Source: a virus (taxonomy: Duplodnaviria > Caudoviricetes). Taken from it: DNA of 29,876 nucleotides. The stretch's first letter is position 1; each line of letters opens with the position of its first letter. Below are positions 18,082-25,191 of the stretch, one piece after another. The stretch covers positions 1 through 29,876 of the IMG/VR virus record IMGVR_UViG_3300043256_000073. One strand, given 5' to 3'. The position numbers and the translations under genes were made by a program. The notes under the pieces are model-generated. The model was not told the DNA's origin. It saw only the letters and a list, made by a program, of their open reading frames with translations, and made no database searches.

Positions 18082-18635
18082 TGCCATCCCTTTAGTGCTA
18101 TTACTGCTACCAAAAATCCCAAGATAACTCCTATTACTATGGCAAGTGGAGCAAGAACAAATTGGATTCGTTTCTTTTGCTCGAAAATTTGTACTACTAT
18201 ATCTAGAGCTTTTGTATTACTTTCAACAACCATCGTTAAATCATCTTTAGCTTCTTCTAAAGATTTTACAGTCTCACTCATCGTTACTAAAGCTTTTGAA
18301 TTATCATTAATAACTTTTGTATTTGTACCAAGATGCGCGATCATTTCACCTTGACGCACTCTTGATTCAGTTTGAAAATTATCTATAATAGACTTGATTC
18401 CTTTTGTATATTCAGCTTTTTGTTCATAATCTCGTCTATGTTCCGAAACTATACGTATTCCTGCTTCTTCTTTAAAACTTTTAACGAGCTTTTCTATGAA
18501 TTGAATATGAGCCTCATATCTTATATCTTCTGATTCTCTCTGTTCTTTGAGATATTCAAGAAATAGTATAGCATCTTTACTATCAGTCTTTACAACAAAC
18601 GCCGGTTGAATTCTAGGACCGAATTTTACGCTCAT
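18078..18635 (-). CDS. Coiled-coil protein with C-terminal transmembrane anchor
   Basis: 185 aa. Heptads followed by FVLAPLAIVIGVILGFLVAVIAL. Confidence 0.7.
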   Translation of the reverse strand: MSVKFGPRIQPAFVVKTDSKDAILFLEYLKEQRESEDIRYEAHIQFIEKLVKSFKEEAGIRIVSEHRRDYEQKAEYTKGIKSIIDNFQTESRVRQGEMIAHLGTNTKVINDNSKALVTMSETVKSLEEAKDDLTMVVESNTKALDIVVQIFEQKKRIQFVLAPLAIVIGVILGFLVAVIALKGWQ

Positions 18636-18958
18636 CTTACAGCCAAGATATGAAGTATCTCTGGATTAGTTCCAATTACTGATAGTTCAGCAAGACTAAA
18701 ACCATTCTGTCCCAATTCAATAATATCTGGCGCGGTTGGAATACCACTTACAGGTATCTCAATACGCCATCCATATTTAGTACTACTCAATGCTCCTTCA
18801 GTTCCTCTCTCTGTACTACCAACAAAGATTAAATTAAAGTTAGTTGTATGAGCTGATAATGCTACATACTTGAGAAGATCACCTTCACCAGCAGGTAGAA
18901 CAGAATTCAAGTTCTGAACTGTTCCATCTAACGTGAGAGTATAATCTCTAACACTCAT
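18632..18958 (-). CDS. Small beta-sandwich structural protein
   Basis: 108 aa, N...IFVG and V.GT..E.L.I pattern. ATGA coupling on both sides. Confidence 0.65.
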   Translation of the reverse strand: MSVRDYTLTLDGTVQNLNSVLPAGEGDLLKYVALSAHTTNFNLIFVGSTERGTEGALSSTKYGWRIEIPVSGIPTAPDIIELGQNGFSLAELSVIGTNPEILHILAVR

Positions 18959-19599
18959 GAGTAGATAGTCCTACTTCTATGTCGCCTTCTATATCTGGTT
19001 CCTGGCACATTCTGTCCAACTGGTGCGACACCCTCCTCTGTAAAGTAACTAACTAGCCAGGGTAGAGGTGGTGCAGGTTCCCATGCACGCAATATAGTTG
19101 ATAACCATATACGTTGACCAAATGGAGGATCATTTACTACAGCTACTTCTATAGGAACTAGATGTCTCTGCCGAATACTGTATGGTACCCTTGGTTGCCA
19201 AGACGCGAGAATCGTTGGTAGATTCGTGCGTGAACTAAATGGTGGATTATTCTCTGGAACTGCAATAACCGAAGGTGGAAGCTTCTTTGTAACCTGTGGT
19301 TTAGGAGGTGGAGGTTCCCACGTTGCTAGAATAGTAGGAAGTACTGTACGTGATGTGAATGGAGGATTATCGGCAACTACTGGACCTGGCTGAACTACGA
19401 AACGAGTACTCTGTGGCAAACCCAAAAGTGAGGGCTGCCATATTCCGATTATAACTGCAAGAGTAGCAATACCACGTAGACGAGAGAATGGTGGATCGTT
19501 TACAGGTACAGCCAATTCAGATGGCGGTAAACGACGAGGTAAAAGCGGTCCACTTCCACCAATAAACGGAGGGGGAGGTGGACGATAAATATACTTCAC
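18955..19599 (-). CDS. Proline-rich tandem-repeat protein
   Basis: 214 aa from GTG, with four [ND][ND]PPF...[TV]I[LI]..W[EQ]P repeats and an Arg-rich C-terminus. Confidence 0.7.
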   Translation of the reverse strand: MKYIYRPPPPPFIGGSGPLLPRRLPPSELAVPVNDPPFSRLRGIATLAVIIGIWQPSLLGLPQSTRFVVQPGPVVADNPPFTSRTVLPTILATWEPPPPKPQVTKKLPPSVIAVPENNPPFSSRTNLPTILASWQPRVPYSIRQRHLVPIEVAVVNDPPFGQRIWLSTILRAWEPAPPLPWLVSYFTEEGVAPVGQNVPGTRYRRRHRSRTIYS

Positions 19600-19619
19600 A
19601 ATCTAATCGCCTACTAACT

Positions 19620-20111
19620 TTATACTTCGCCGAAAACTAGTCCAAAGGCCCAATTTGTCAATGTTCCTGCTGCAACAGGCATACGTAGTCCGAAACCAGA
19701 TGACTCTCCAGCCCGGATTCTTATAACCTCATTAGGTGTAGGAACCCACAGCCATCCATTTAATACATTAAAAGCATCTTCCCACATACTAACAACAGAT
19801 CCACCACCTTCTGCTGATGCATCTGTTCCTGCTGTTCCCGCTGCACCTGCTGTGCCACCTACAATATTTGAAACAGCTTCTCCAAAGTTCAACGCTTGTG
19901 GCGTAGCAGATGTTAACGTGGGAAATGCAGTTACCTGTGTCGCCAACTCTACACGTTGTTGTGCAGATGTAGCATTAGCACTCTGACCTACCCACGCACG
20001 CAGGAATTCTAACGTTTGTGCCGGGGCTGCGTCATTGTTAATAAAGACCAGAGTTATATCCCCACTCTCGATAGTGACCCCTGCATCTGAAACAGCAAAT
20101 TGACGTGCCAT
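19620..20111 (-). CDS. Beta-sandwich structural protein
   Basis: 163 aa, MARQFAVS...FNVLNGWLWVPTP...FGLVFGEV. Strong SD AAGGAG. Confidence 0.7.
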   Translation of the reverse strand: MARQFAVSDAGVTIESGDITLVFINNDAAPAQTLEFLRAWVGQSANATSAQQRVELATQVTAFPTLTSATPQALNFGEAVSNIVGGTAGAAGTAGTDASAEGGGSVVSMWEDAFNVLNGWLWVPTPNEVIRIRAGESSGFGLRMPVAAGTLTNWAFGLVFGEV

Positions 20112-20129
20112 AATTACTACTCCTTTATG

Positions 20130-20429
20130 TTACTGAGTTATAAATGGGGATGGAACGTATGTCCGCATCCACTTCCACCCTTGTCTTGTAAAAATTCGTA
20201 TCCTTCCTTTTATACGTTCTATTCTACTAGCTATTTCACCAATCTCAATTCCATTACGTAAGACATTAAATGCAAATTCTCCGCGTGGAGCCTCCCCCGG
20301 CCTAAAGCCAAGTGTCCATATTGCACCAGTCTCATCAGTAATCGTAAGCGCAGGTGGTACTGAAACGTAGGATTCCGTAATATGTTGCTGTTCACCTGAG
20401 CGAACCATATAGGGTAAGATTATTGACAT
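20130..20429 (-). CDS. Small beta-rich hypothetical protein
   Basis: 99 aa, ITDETGAIWTL...VLRNG. Confidence 0.65.
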   Translation of the reverse strand: MSIILPYMVRSGEQQHITESYVSVPPALTITDETGAIWTLGFRPGEAPRGEFAFNVLRNGIEIGEIASRIERIKGRIRIFTRQGWKWMRTYVPSPFITQ

Positions 20430-20433
20430 TATA

Positions 20434-21570
20434 CTACTGGGCTAAAATTGGGGCTCTTTGCATCCAGGGCTGGTAGGGCTGATCAAATGGTCCAGCAAAA
20501 GGAGTATAATCTACCATGACCCATTCATCAAAAATAGTAGCTTCTTGGCCTCCTCCGCCCTGTCGCACTCCACCTGCTTGTGCAATATCAATATTAGCCG
20601 GTGTGGATGAGATAATATTTCCCTGATATATACGGTCTGCCGTTACTAGGACACCTATGTCTAGATCATCATCAACACCATTAAGACGAAGACGAACTAT
20701 CATTGTCAAGCCACCTGCACCACCACCTCTATCAGCAAAGACCTTAGCAACCACACCATTTATAGTGTCTCCTGATGCAATGGTTTCACTACCATGTCCT
20801 GATTGTGTAGCACTAAAATCAGCGATGTCTGCCGTTTGTGCCGTGGTGCCACCAGCCGATTCACAGTTGTCCGTGATAACGGCGGGAGTATCATTCCACA
20901 ATGCCCCGGCATCAGATCCGCTCGATTTAGTCCAAGCATCATAAGTAGGTGTTCCGCCAGTGATAGGTGAACGAGCAATAATCTGACCTGCACCGATAGG
21001 ACCAGGATCAGCCGCTTCTGTATCAATTCGGATGTCATCGTAGAAAAAGTCTACCGTTTCACCATTACGGTCAGCAGCCTTACCAAAGAAAAAATTAAGG
21101 AGATTTCCAGGAATAACGTCAACCCCACTAAACGAAGTCGCGGAGACGCCATCAATAAACGCCTCGGCCTCGTCGTTAGACCCACTTGTGTCAAATCCTG
21201 CTACTATATCTATGAGATACCATATCCCTGTAGAAATCGATCCCCCGGCAGTCCCTAGCGCAGTCGTGGTATTGAAAAACTGAATCGTTCCGTCAGAATG
21301 CACACGCAATCTGAGATTTGAGGATGCAAATATCTCCTCACTGTCAGCCGAGGGTAGTGTAGCGGCACGAAAATAGAATCTGACGGCTGACCACTTAGCT
21401 TGTGTACCTGGATCTGCTCGTACGGACCCAATACCTGTTGTCGTCGGATTCACACGGACGCTATATGCGCCAGTGTTAATAGTCGTAGTCTCAATGGCAA
21501 TCGTACCGGCCGTAGCGTTGAACTCGCTCAGATCACCAACTTCCATCCCGATGATGACTTCAATAGCCAT
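20434..21570 (-). CDS. Putative adhesin/appendage protein (LamG-like plus second beta domain)
   Basis: 378 aa with STGIWYLIDI, EAFIDG and FYDDIRID. C-terminal QPYQPWMQRAPILAQ. Confidence 0.65.
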   Translation of the reverse strand: MAIEVIIGMEVGDLSEFNATAGTIAIETTTINTGAYSVRVNPTTTGIGSVRADPGTQAKWSAVRFYFRAATLPSADSEEIFASSNLRLRVHSDGTIQFFNTTTALGTAGGSISTGIWYLIDIVAGFDTSGSNDEAEAFIDGVSATSFSGVDVIPGNLLNFFFGKAADRNGETVDFFYDDIRIDTEAADPGPIGAGQIIARSPITGGTPTYDAWTKSSGSDAGALWNDTPAVITDNCESAGGTTAQTADIADFSATQSGHGSETIASGDTINGVVAKVFADRGGGAGGLTMIVRLRLNGVDDDLDIGVLVTADRIYQGNIISSTPANIDIAQAGGVRQGGGGQEATIFDEWVMVDYTPFAGPFDQPYQPWMQRAPILAQ

Positions 21571-21797
21571 TACGTAGAAACTGTAATAGTAGCTACCTGA
21601 CCTGCAATAGTATATGTAACTGTAGCGATAGTATCATACGCGAATTCAACTACTCTACCATCTGATTGAGTTACATATAGCATTTCTTTCAGAATATCAA
21701 ATTCAATCCTCCTGATATTAGAAAGAATTATAGCAGTTGCAGTTAAACCCGCACCTACTGGAGCTGTGACTGTTGCGGAACCTGATGATGCACCCAT
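21570..21797 (-). CDS. Small beta structural protein (paralog of 22000-22224)
   Basis: 75 aa, EFAYDTIATVTYTI...VATITVS. TAATG-coupled. Confidence 0.7.
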   Translation of the reverse strand: MGASSGSATVTAPVGAGLTATAIILSNIRRIEFDILKEMLYVTQSDGRVVEFAYDTIATVTYTIAGQVATITVST

Positions 21798-21801
21798 TAG
21801 T

Positions 21802-21993
21802 CTATTCTCCTTGCTTATCTAAGATAAACCGCCTTGATTCACATAATACTTCAAGTAGACTAATTATGTCTAATCTACTTGCACTAGAATCATCTAATTT
21901 TGGACCCCCTGATAATCCAAAATTAATTATCATCATCTCTAATACTCTTATTAGTCTATCAATCTCTGGAATTGATTCAAATTTCTTATTCAT
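21802..21993 (-). CDS. Hypothetical protein
   Basis: 63 aa, AT-rich, helical, tiles the gap. Confidence 0.55.
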   Translation of the reverse strand: MNKKFESIPEIDRLIRVLEMMIINFGLSGGPKLDDSSASRLDIISLLEVLCESRRFILDKQGE

Positions 21994-21999
21994 AAATAA

Positions 22000-22224
22000 T
22001 TACTTAGCAAAAGTAACAGTAGCCACACCAGAAGAGATGACATGCGTGATTGTAGCTATAGTAGAATAGTCAAAGTCTCTAGTCTTACCATTTGCTAAAA
22101 TAATCTGTAATCTATCATCAGGGAAATTATAACGAAGCTCTCTAACTCCATTAAGACTTAGAGAAGCAACAGAATTACCAGGACCAATATCTGCTGAGGT
22201 AAGAACCATGTTTCCTACTGACAT
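22000..22224 (-). CDS. Small beta structural protein (paralog of 21570-21797)
   Basis: 74 aa, DFDYSTIATITHVI...VATVTFA. SD AGGAG. Confidence 0.7.
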   Translation of the reverse strand: MSVGNMVLTSADIGPGNSVASLSLNGVRELRYNFPDDRLQIILANGKTRDFDYSTIATITHVISSGVATVTFAK

Positions 22225-22235
22225 TATTTCATCTC

Positions 22236-22790
22236 CTATTCAACCACATCAATAATCTCGAAACTCTCTTCCTTACGCATAGGCGGTGTGAAAAATACGA
22301 ATTTAACTCCACTCTCAGTCCCTCTTTCACTAGGAGGCTCCATATCCTTAACGATCCCAGACATATCTCTAGCTACTCCAGAAGCTTCTCGGAGTTTAGC
22401 GTTGCCTAGTTTTTCTTCTGTAATATGATCTAGTGCGGAGAGGAGCTTCTCCCTAGCTTTACTTGCTATGCGAACGCGCGTTTCATCTACATGGACTGCT
22501 AATCCTTCATCACGCTCATTATAAGTAGCTGTAGAAGTCGCGCCTTGCTTATATGCTGATATTGAACTATCACTAATCTCTCCACCAATAGCTTTAACTA
22601 AATCTTTAGCTTCGGAGTTATTACTTTCTAATGCTTCGTCACCGATAACTTTACGCAAGGAATTAGGAGTATTAGTCTTAGATCCGCGTCCTTTACCTGG
22701 TAGATCTACTATCTCGGCTCTAGACTCATCACCATTCATTCGAGCTAGTTCTTCTTCTAACTCTTCATTTGAAACTATACCTAGAGCCAT
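22236..22790 (-). CDS. Putative terminase small subunit
   Basis: 184 aa near the operon start. GRG motif, HTH-like ISDSSISAYK, two long helices and a C-terminal beta strand (VKFVFFTP), which is TerS-like architecture. Confidence 0.5.
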   Translation of the reverse strand: MALGIVSNEELEEELARMNGDESRAEIVDLPGKGRGSKTNTPNSLRKVIGDEALESNNSEAKDLVKAIGGEISDSSISAYKQGATSTATYNERDEGLAVHVDETRVRIASKAREKLLSALDHITEEKLGNAKLREASGVARDMSGIVKDMEPPSERGTESGVKFVFFTPPMRKEESFEIIDVVE

Positions 22791-22804
22791 GATTCGTTAC
22801 CAGT

Positions 22805-22960
22805 CTAATCTACTCCTCGACACCAAATGATAAGATTACATGTTTTACAGGTAATATCTCCCGAACATACTTCATCAGCATTGATTCTCCAATGAACATC
22901 GTGTCGTCGAGCAATGTGCCACAACCCCTTGAATCGAGCCTGAATCCCTAACAATGTCAT
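22805..22960 (-). CDS. 51 aa Cys/His-rich protein, first gene of the operon
   Basis: True start is probably ATG 22960 (MTLLGIQARFKG...H..HW...C....TCKTC....C), because the longer track ORF contains the promoter. Confidence 0.55.
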   Translation of the reverse strand: MTLLGIQARFKGLWHIARRHDVHWRINADEVCSGDITCKTCNLIIWCRGVD

Positions 22961-23041
22961 AATAGTATACCCCAACCATTGAATCAGAGAATTGAAAATT
23001 CGGCCGGATGACCTAAATGGGCGCAGACCGCCGCCAAACCC

Positions 23042-23070
23042 ATTATAACACAGTCTTTCCGGTTTGTCAA
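23042..23070 (-). promoter_or_regulatory. Perfect sigma70-type promoter for the morphogenesis operon
   Basis: Minus strand TTGACA-aaccggaaagactgtgt(17)-TATAAT, with extended -10 TG. Confidence 0.85.
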
Positions 23071-23149
23071 GAGAAGAAACGGCGTAAGTGACACTTTCCA
23101 TTATTAATTATATATTACTTATCATTCCTTATCATTAATCTCATAGAGA

Positions 23150-23254
23150 TTATGAGACTCTATTCTATAGATAAACATAGTAATAGTCTTTCATGGGGTA
23201 GTAAAAATAGGGTGTGGTCAATGTTCCCCGCCGGATCTCCTGTTATGAGACTCT
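23150..23254. repeat. 12 bp direct repeat TTATGAGACTCT
   Basis: Exact copies at 23150-23161 and 23243-23254. Inverted half-copy TCTCATA at 23139-23145. Confidence 0.7.
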
Positions 23255-23334
23255 TTCAGGGGGTGTATGGGGGTCATTCGCTAGACCATGTATCATCCAA
23301 TCAAATGAACCACGCATCATATGATTGGATCACA

Positions 23335-23359
23335 TAACTCATTACGTATCAATAGGTTA
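23335..23359. promoter_or_regulatory. TAAC-N17-GTTA dyad motif, copy A
   Basis: TAACTCATTACGTATCAATAGGTTA, similar to the copies at 25872 and 26098. Confidence 0.5.
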
Positions 23360-23528
23360 AGAGACATGTCATATAGAGTCATATCAATGGATTGGATCGC
23401 CAATGTATTGACATCCCATAAACATTGGGTTTCTATGGTGGCATGGGATCTGCATGTAGTATGGTCAGAATGGAAGATAACACTGTCTGGTATCGCTATT
23501 CTGATATATCCCAGAATGAGGTAAAGGA

Positions 23529-23729
23529 ATGACAAAGAAAGATTACATCGCCATCGCAGCGTGTATCAAGGCTGAGTGGGACAGCAGATATCTTGAGGTA
23601 TCCTGTTACCCCCATGATGAAATAAGGAACCGCGCAATCTATAGTCTACACAAAAGGATTGCTGATGTATTCAAAGCAGATAATCCACATTTCAACCGTG
23701 ACAAATTCACCAAGGCATGTGGATTCTGA
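23529..23729 (+). CDS. Small early phage protein (MTxKDY...DNPxFxxxKFxxAC type)
   Basis: 66 aa with GAGG/AAGGA upstream and a recognisable terminal motif. Confidence 0.8.
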   Translation: MTKKDYIAIAACIKAEWDSRYLEVSCYPHDEIRNRAIYSLHKRIADVFKADNPHFNRDKFTKACGF

Positions 23730-23757
23730 AACTGACAAAAATTGTCAGGAGGAAACT

Positions 23758-23949
23758 ATGGACATTGGAGATGTAGTGAAAACCTGCCACAGTCTCCGGG
23801 ATGCAAAAGTGTGGTGCGCGACTCTCAATGGAATGGACAAATATCTAGTCGAATACAAGACAGTTACTTGGCATGGGGAGAATCGGTCCCTGTTTTACGT
23901 GGTGGTGAATCAGATCCATTTTTACCTTGACAACCGATCCGATTTGTGA
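23758..23949 (+). CDS. Hypothetical early protein
   Basis: 63 aa from ATG 23758 with SD AGGAGG. The track ORF 23659 start is too far upstream. Confidence 0.7.
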   Translation: MDIGDVVKTCHSLRDAKVWCATLNGMDKYLVEYKTVTWHGENRSLFYVVVNQIHFYLDNRSDL

Positions 23950-23955
23950 TAGACT
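23927..23955 (+). promoter_or_regulatory. sigma70-type early promoter
   Basis: TTGACA-17 nt-TAGACT with TG extension (TTGTGATAGACT). Confidence 0.8.
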
Positions 23956-23978
23956 GATTCACTATAGGAGGTAACACC

Positions 23979-24185
23979 ATGGGATTCAACTTCAAGGCAG
24001 CTAACCGTAAGAACGACGTGGAAACTAATCCCGTCCTAAAGATGGGAATAGAAATATCAATCAGGACAAACCCTGGAGATAACATTATCACTATCGAGAC
24101 TAATGACCCATGCGACTTTGCATTTCTTTCGAGTAGCGAATACAAGGCAGAAATCGAGGTCTTGAGGCTTCCAAAAAAGACTTGA
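23979..24185 (+). CDS. Hypothetical early protein
   Basis: 68 aa, SD AGGAGGT. Confidence 0.75.
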   Translation: MGFNFKAANRKNDVETNPVLKMGIEISIRTNPGDNIITIETNDPCDFAFLSSSEYKAEIEVLRLPKKT

Positions 24186-24210
24186 CAAGTCCCCGGAGTT
24201 GTGATAGACT
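24182..24210 (+). promoter_or_regulatory. sigma70-type early promoter
   Basis: TTGACA-17 nt-TAGACT with the same TTGTGATAGACT as the promoter at 23927. Confidence 0.8.
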
Positions 24211-24231
24211 AGATTGTAGAATGAGAACAAT

Positions 24232-24453
24232 ATGGATCACTCGGCCTCTCTAATCAAGAATCGGGAAGGAAAAATGCTCCTAGCCACGCTTCAAGGCGAC
24301 AAATGCCCGAAATGCGACCAACTCTTCAAGAAAGGGGAAACAGTCATACTGACCACAATTGGAATTGGAGAAGCCGTTGAGGGAATTATGGATGGGAATC
24401 TTTACCTTAATCCAAGCCACTGTAAAATAGAGGTGAAACACGCGAAATGCTAG
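24232..24453 (+). CDS. Small zinc-binding protein
   Basis: 73 aa, CPKC...F..GE...HC. Confidence 0.65.
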   Translation: MDHSASLIKNREGKMLLATLQGDKCPKCDQLFKKGETVILTTIGIGEAVEGIMDGNLYLNPSHCKIEVKHAKC

Positions 24454-24617
24454 TTACTTTACGAAACTGGATTAAAAGGCTGGTGGACGAGCCACAATAC
24501 AACCGGCCTTGGGTGAGGAGTCGAATCGAGCATAGAATGCTTCGGGATTTTGTAAGGCTTGGGATACCTGAAAGTAGGGCTAGAGAGGCTATTGAGAGCT
24601 TACGCAAGGCTGAGTGA
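24447..24617 (+). CDS. 56 aa protein, UBA/RuvA-CTD-like helical domain (below track cutoff)
   Basis: MLVTLRNWIKRLVDEPQYNRPWVRSRIEHRMLRDFVRLGIPESRAREAIESLRKAE*. GAGGTG upstream. Similar to the C-terminus of 24835-25191. Confidence 0.7.
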   Translation: MLVTLRNWIKRLVDEPQYNRPWVRSRIEHRMLRDFVRLGIPESRAREAIESLRKAE

Positions 24618-24628
24618 TTGGGGGAAAA

Positions 24629-24775
24629 ATGCGGGAAATCACAGAGAAGATGAAACAGGTCGGCGTAATCACTTACGGAAACGGGATCAATGTGAGAAGT
24701 TTCGCACAGAGCGCAGAGAAGAAAGGATACTTAGTATTGTTCTGTGATGGATTCGCAAAACTCTACAAAGCGTAA
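24629..24775 (+). CDS. 48 aa hypothetical protein (below track cutoff)
   Basis: MREITEKMKQVGVITYGNGINVRSFAQSAEKKGYLVLFCDGFAKLYKA*. GGGGG upstream and tiles the gap. Confidence 0.6.
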   Translation: MREITEKMKQVGVITYGNGINVRSFAQSAEKKGYLVLFCDGFAKLYKA

Positions 24776-24790
24776 TAAACTTGGCGTCAG

Positions 24791-24807
24791 GCTGTTTGAC
24801 AATTGAA
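24791..24807 (+). promoter_or_regulatory. boxA-like antitermination element
   Basis: Intergenic GCTGTTTGACAATTGAA resembles rrn/lambda boxA (GCTCTTTAACA). No -10 at promoter spacing. Confidence 0.45.
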
Positions 24808-24834
24808 CATCAACCTTAACCAAAGGAAATAATC

Positions 24835-25191
24835 ATGCAAGTAGGTGAAGGACACTTCAAGTTTGACGTTCCAGAGGGACATACAGAAGCGGGAGAAGAA
24901 AAGAAAGGATCATTCGCGTTTCAACAGTGCGATGATGAGAAGGAAGCGGTGCAGGCTCTAAAGGATCGTGAATGGGGACTAGTAAAACTAGTCAATGATA
25001 AGCTGAGACAGACTGCACGTAGCAACGCTTATCAGAATGCATTGGCTCCTTATCGTCCGTCGGAAGTTTCGCAAGATGATATTAGGGCTCGTATGATTCG
25101 TGACTATATCAGAATGGAGATTCCAGAAAAGGTGGCTAGAGAACAGATCGATGCTTTGCTAGCTGCTAGGAAGGCTGTGCCTGCGGCGTAA
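24835..25191 (+). CDS. Hypothetical protein with C-terminal UBA-like helical domain
   Basis: 118 aa, SD AAGGA. Followed by hairpins and a terminator. Confidence 0.8.
   Translation: MQVGEGHFKFDVPEGHTEAGEEKKGSFAFQQCDDEKEAVQALKDREWGLVKLVNDKLRQTARSNAYQNALAPYRPSEVSQDDIRARMIRDYIRMEIPEKVAREQIDALLAARKAVPAA

Noticed and set aside
474-22069. Numerous plus-strand 60-106 aa ORFs within the structural operon
   Set aside because: All lie antisense to well-supported, coupled minus-strand genes and lack SDs.
22961-23101. N-terminal extension of the 98 aa track ORF
   Set aside because: It spans the consensus promoter. ATG 22960 is the more plausible start.
23408-23436. TTGACA as a further early promoter
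   Set aside because: The hexamer at 17 nt spacing is TTCTAT, a poor -10.
23152-23535. Three overlapping 61-72 aa ORFs in the divergence region
   Set aside because: Mutually overlapping, no convincing SD, atypical composition, and they coincide with repeats and the motif.
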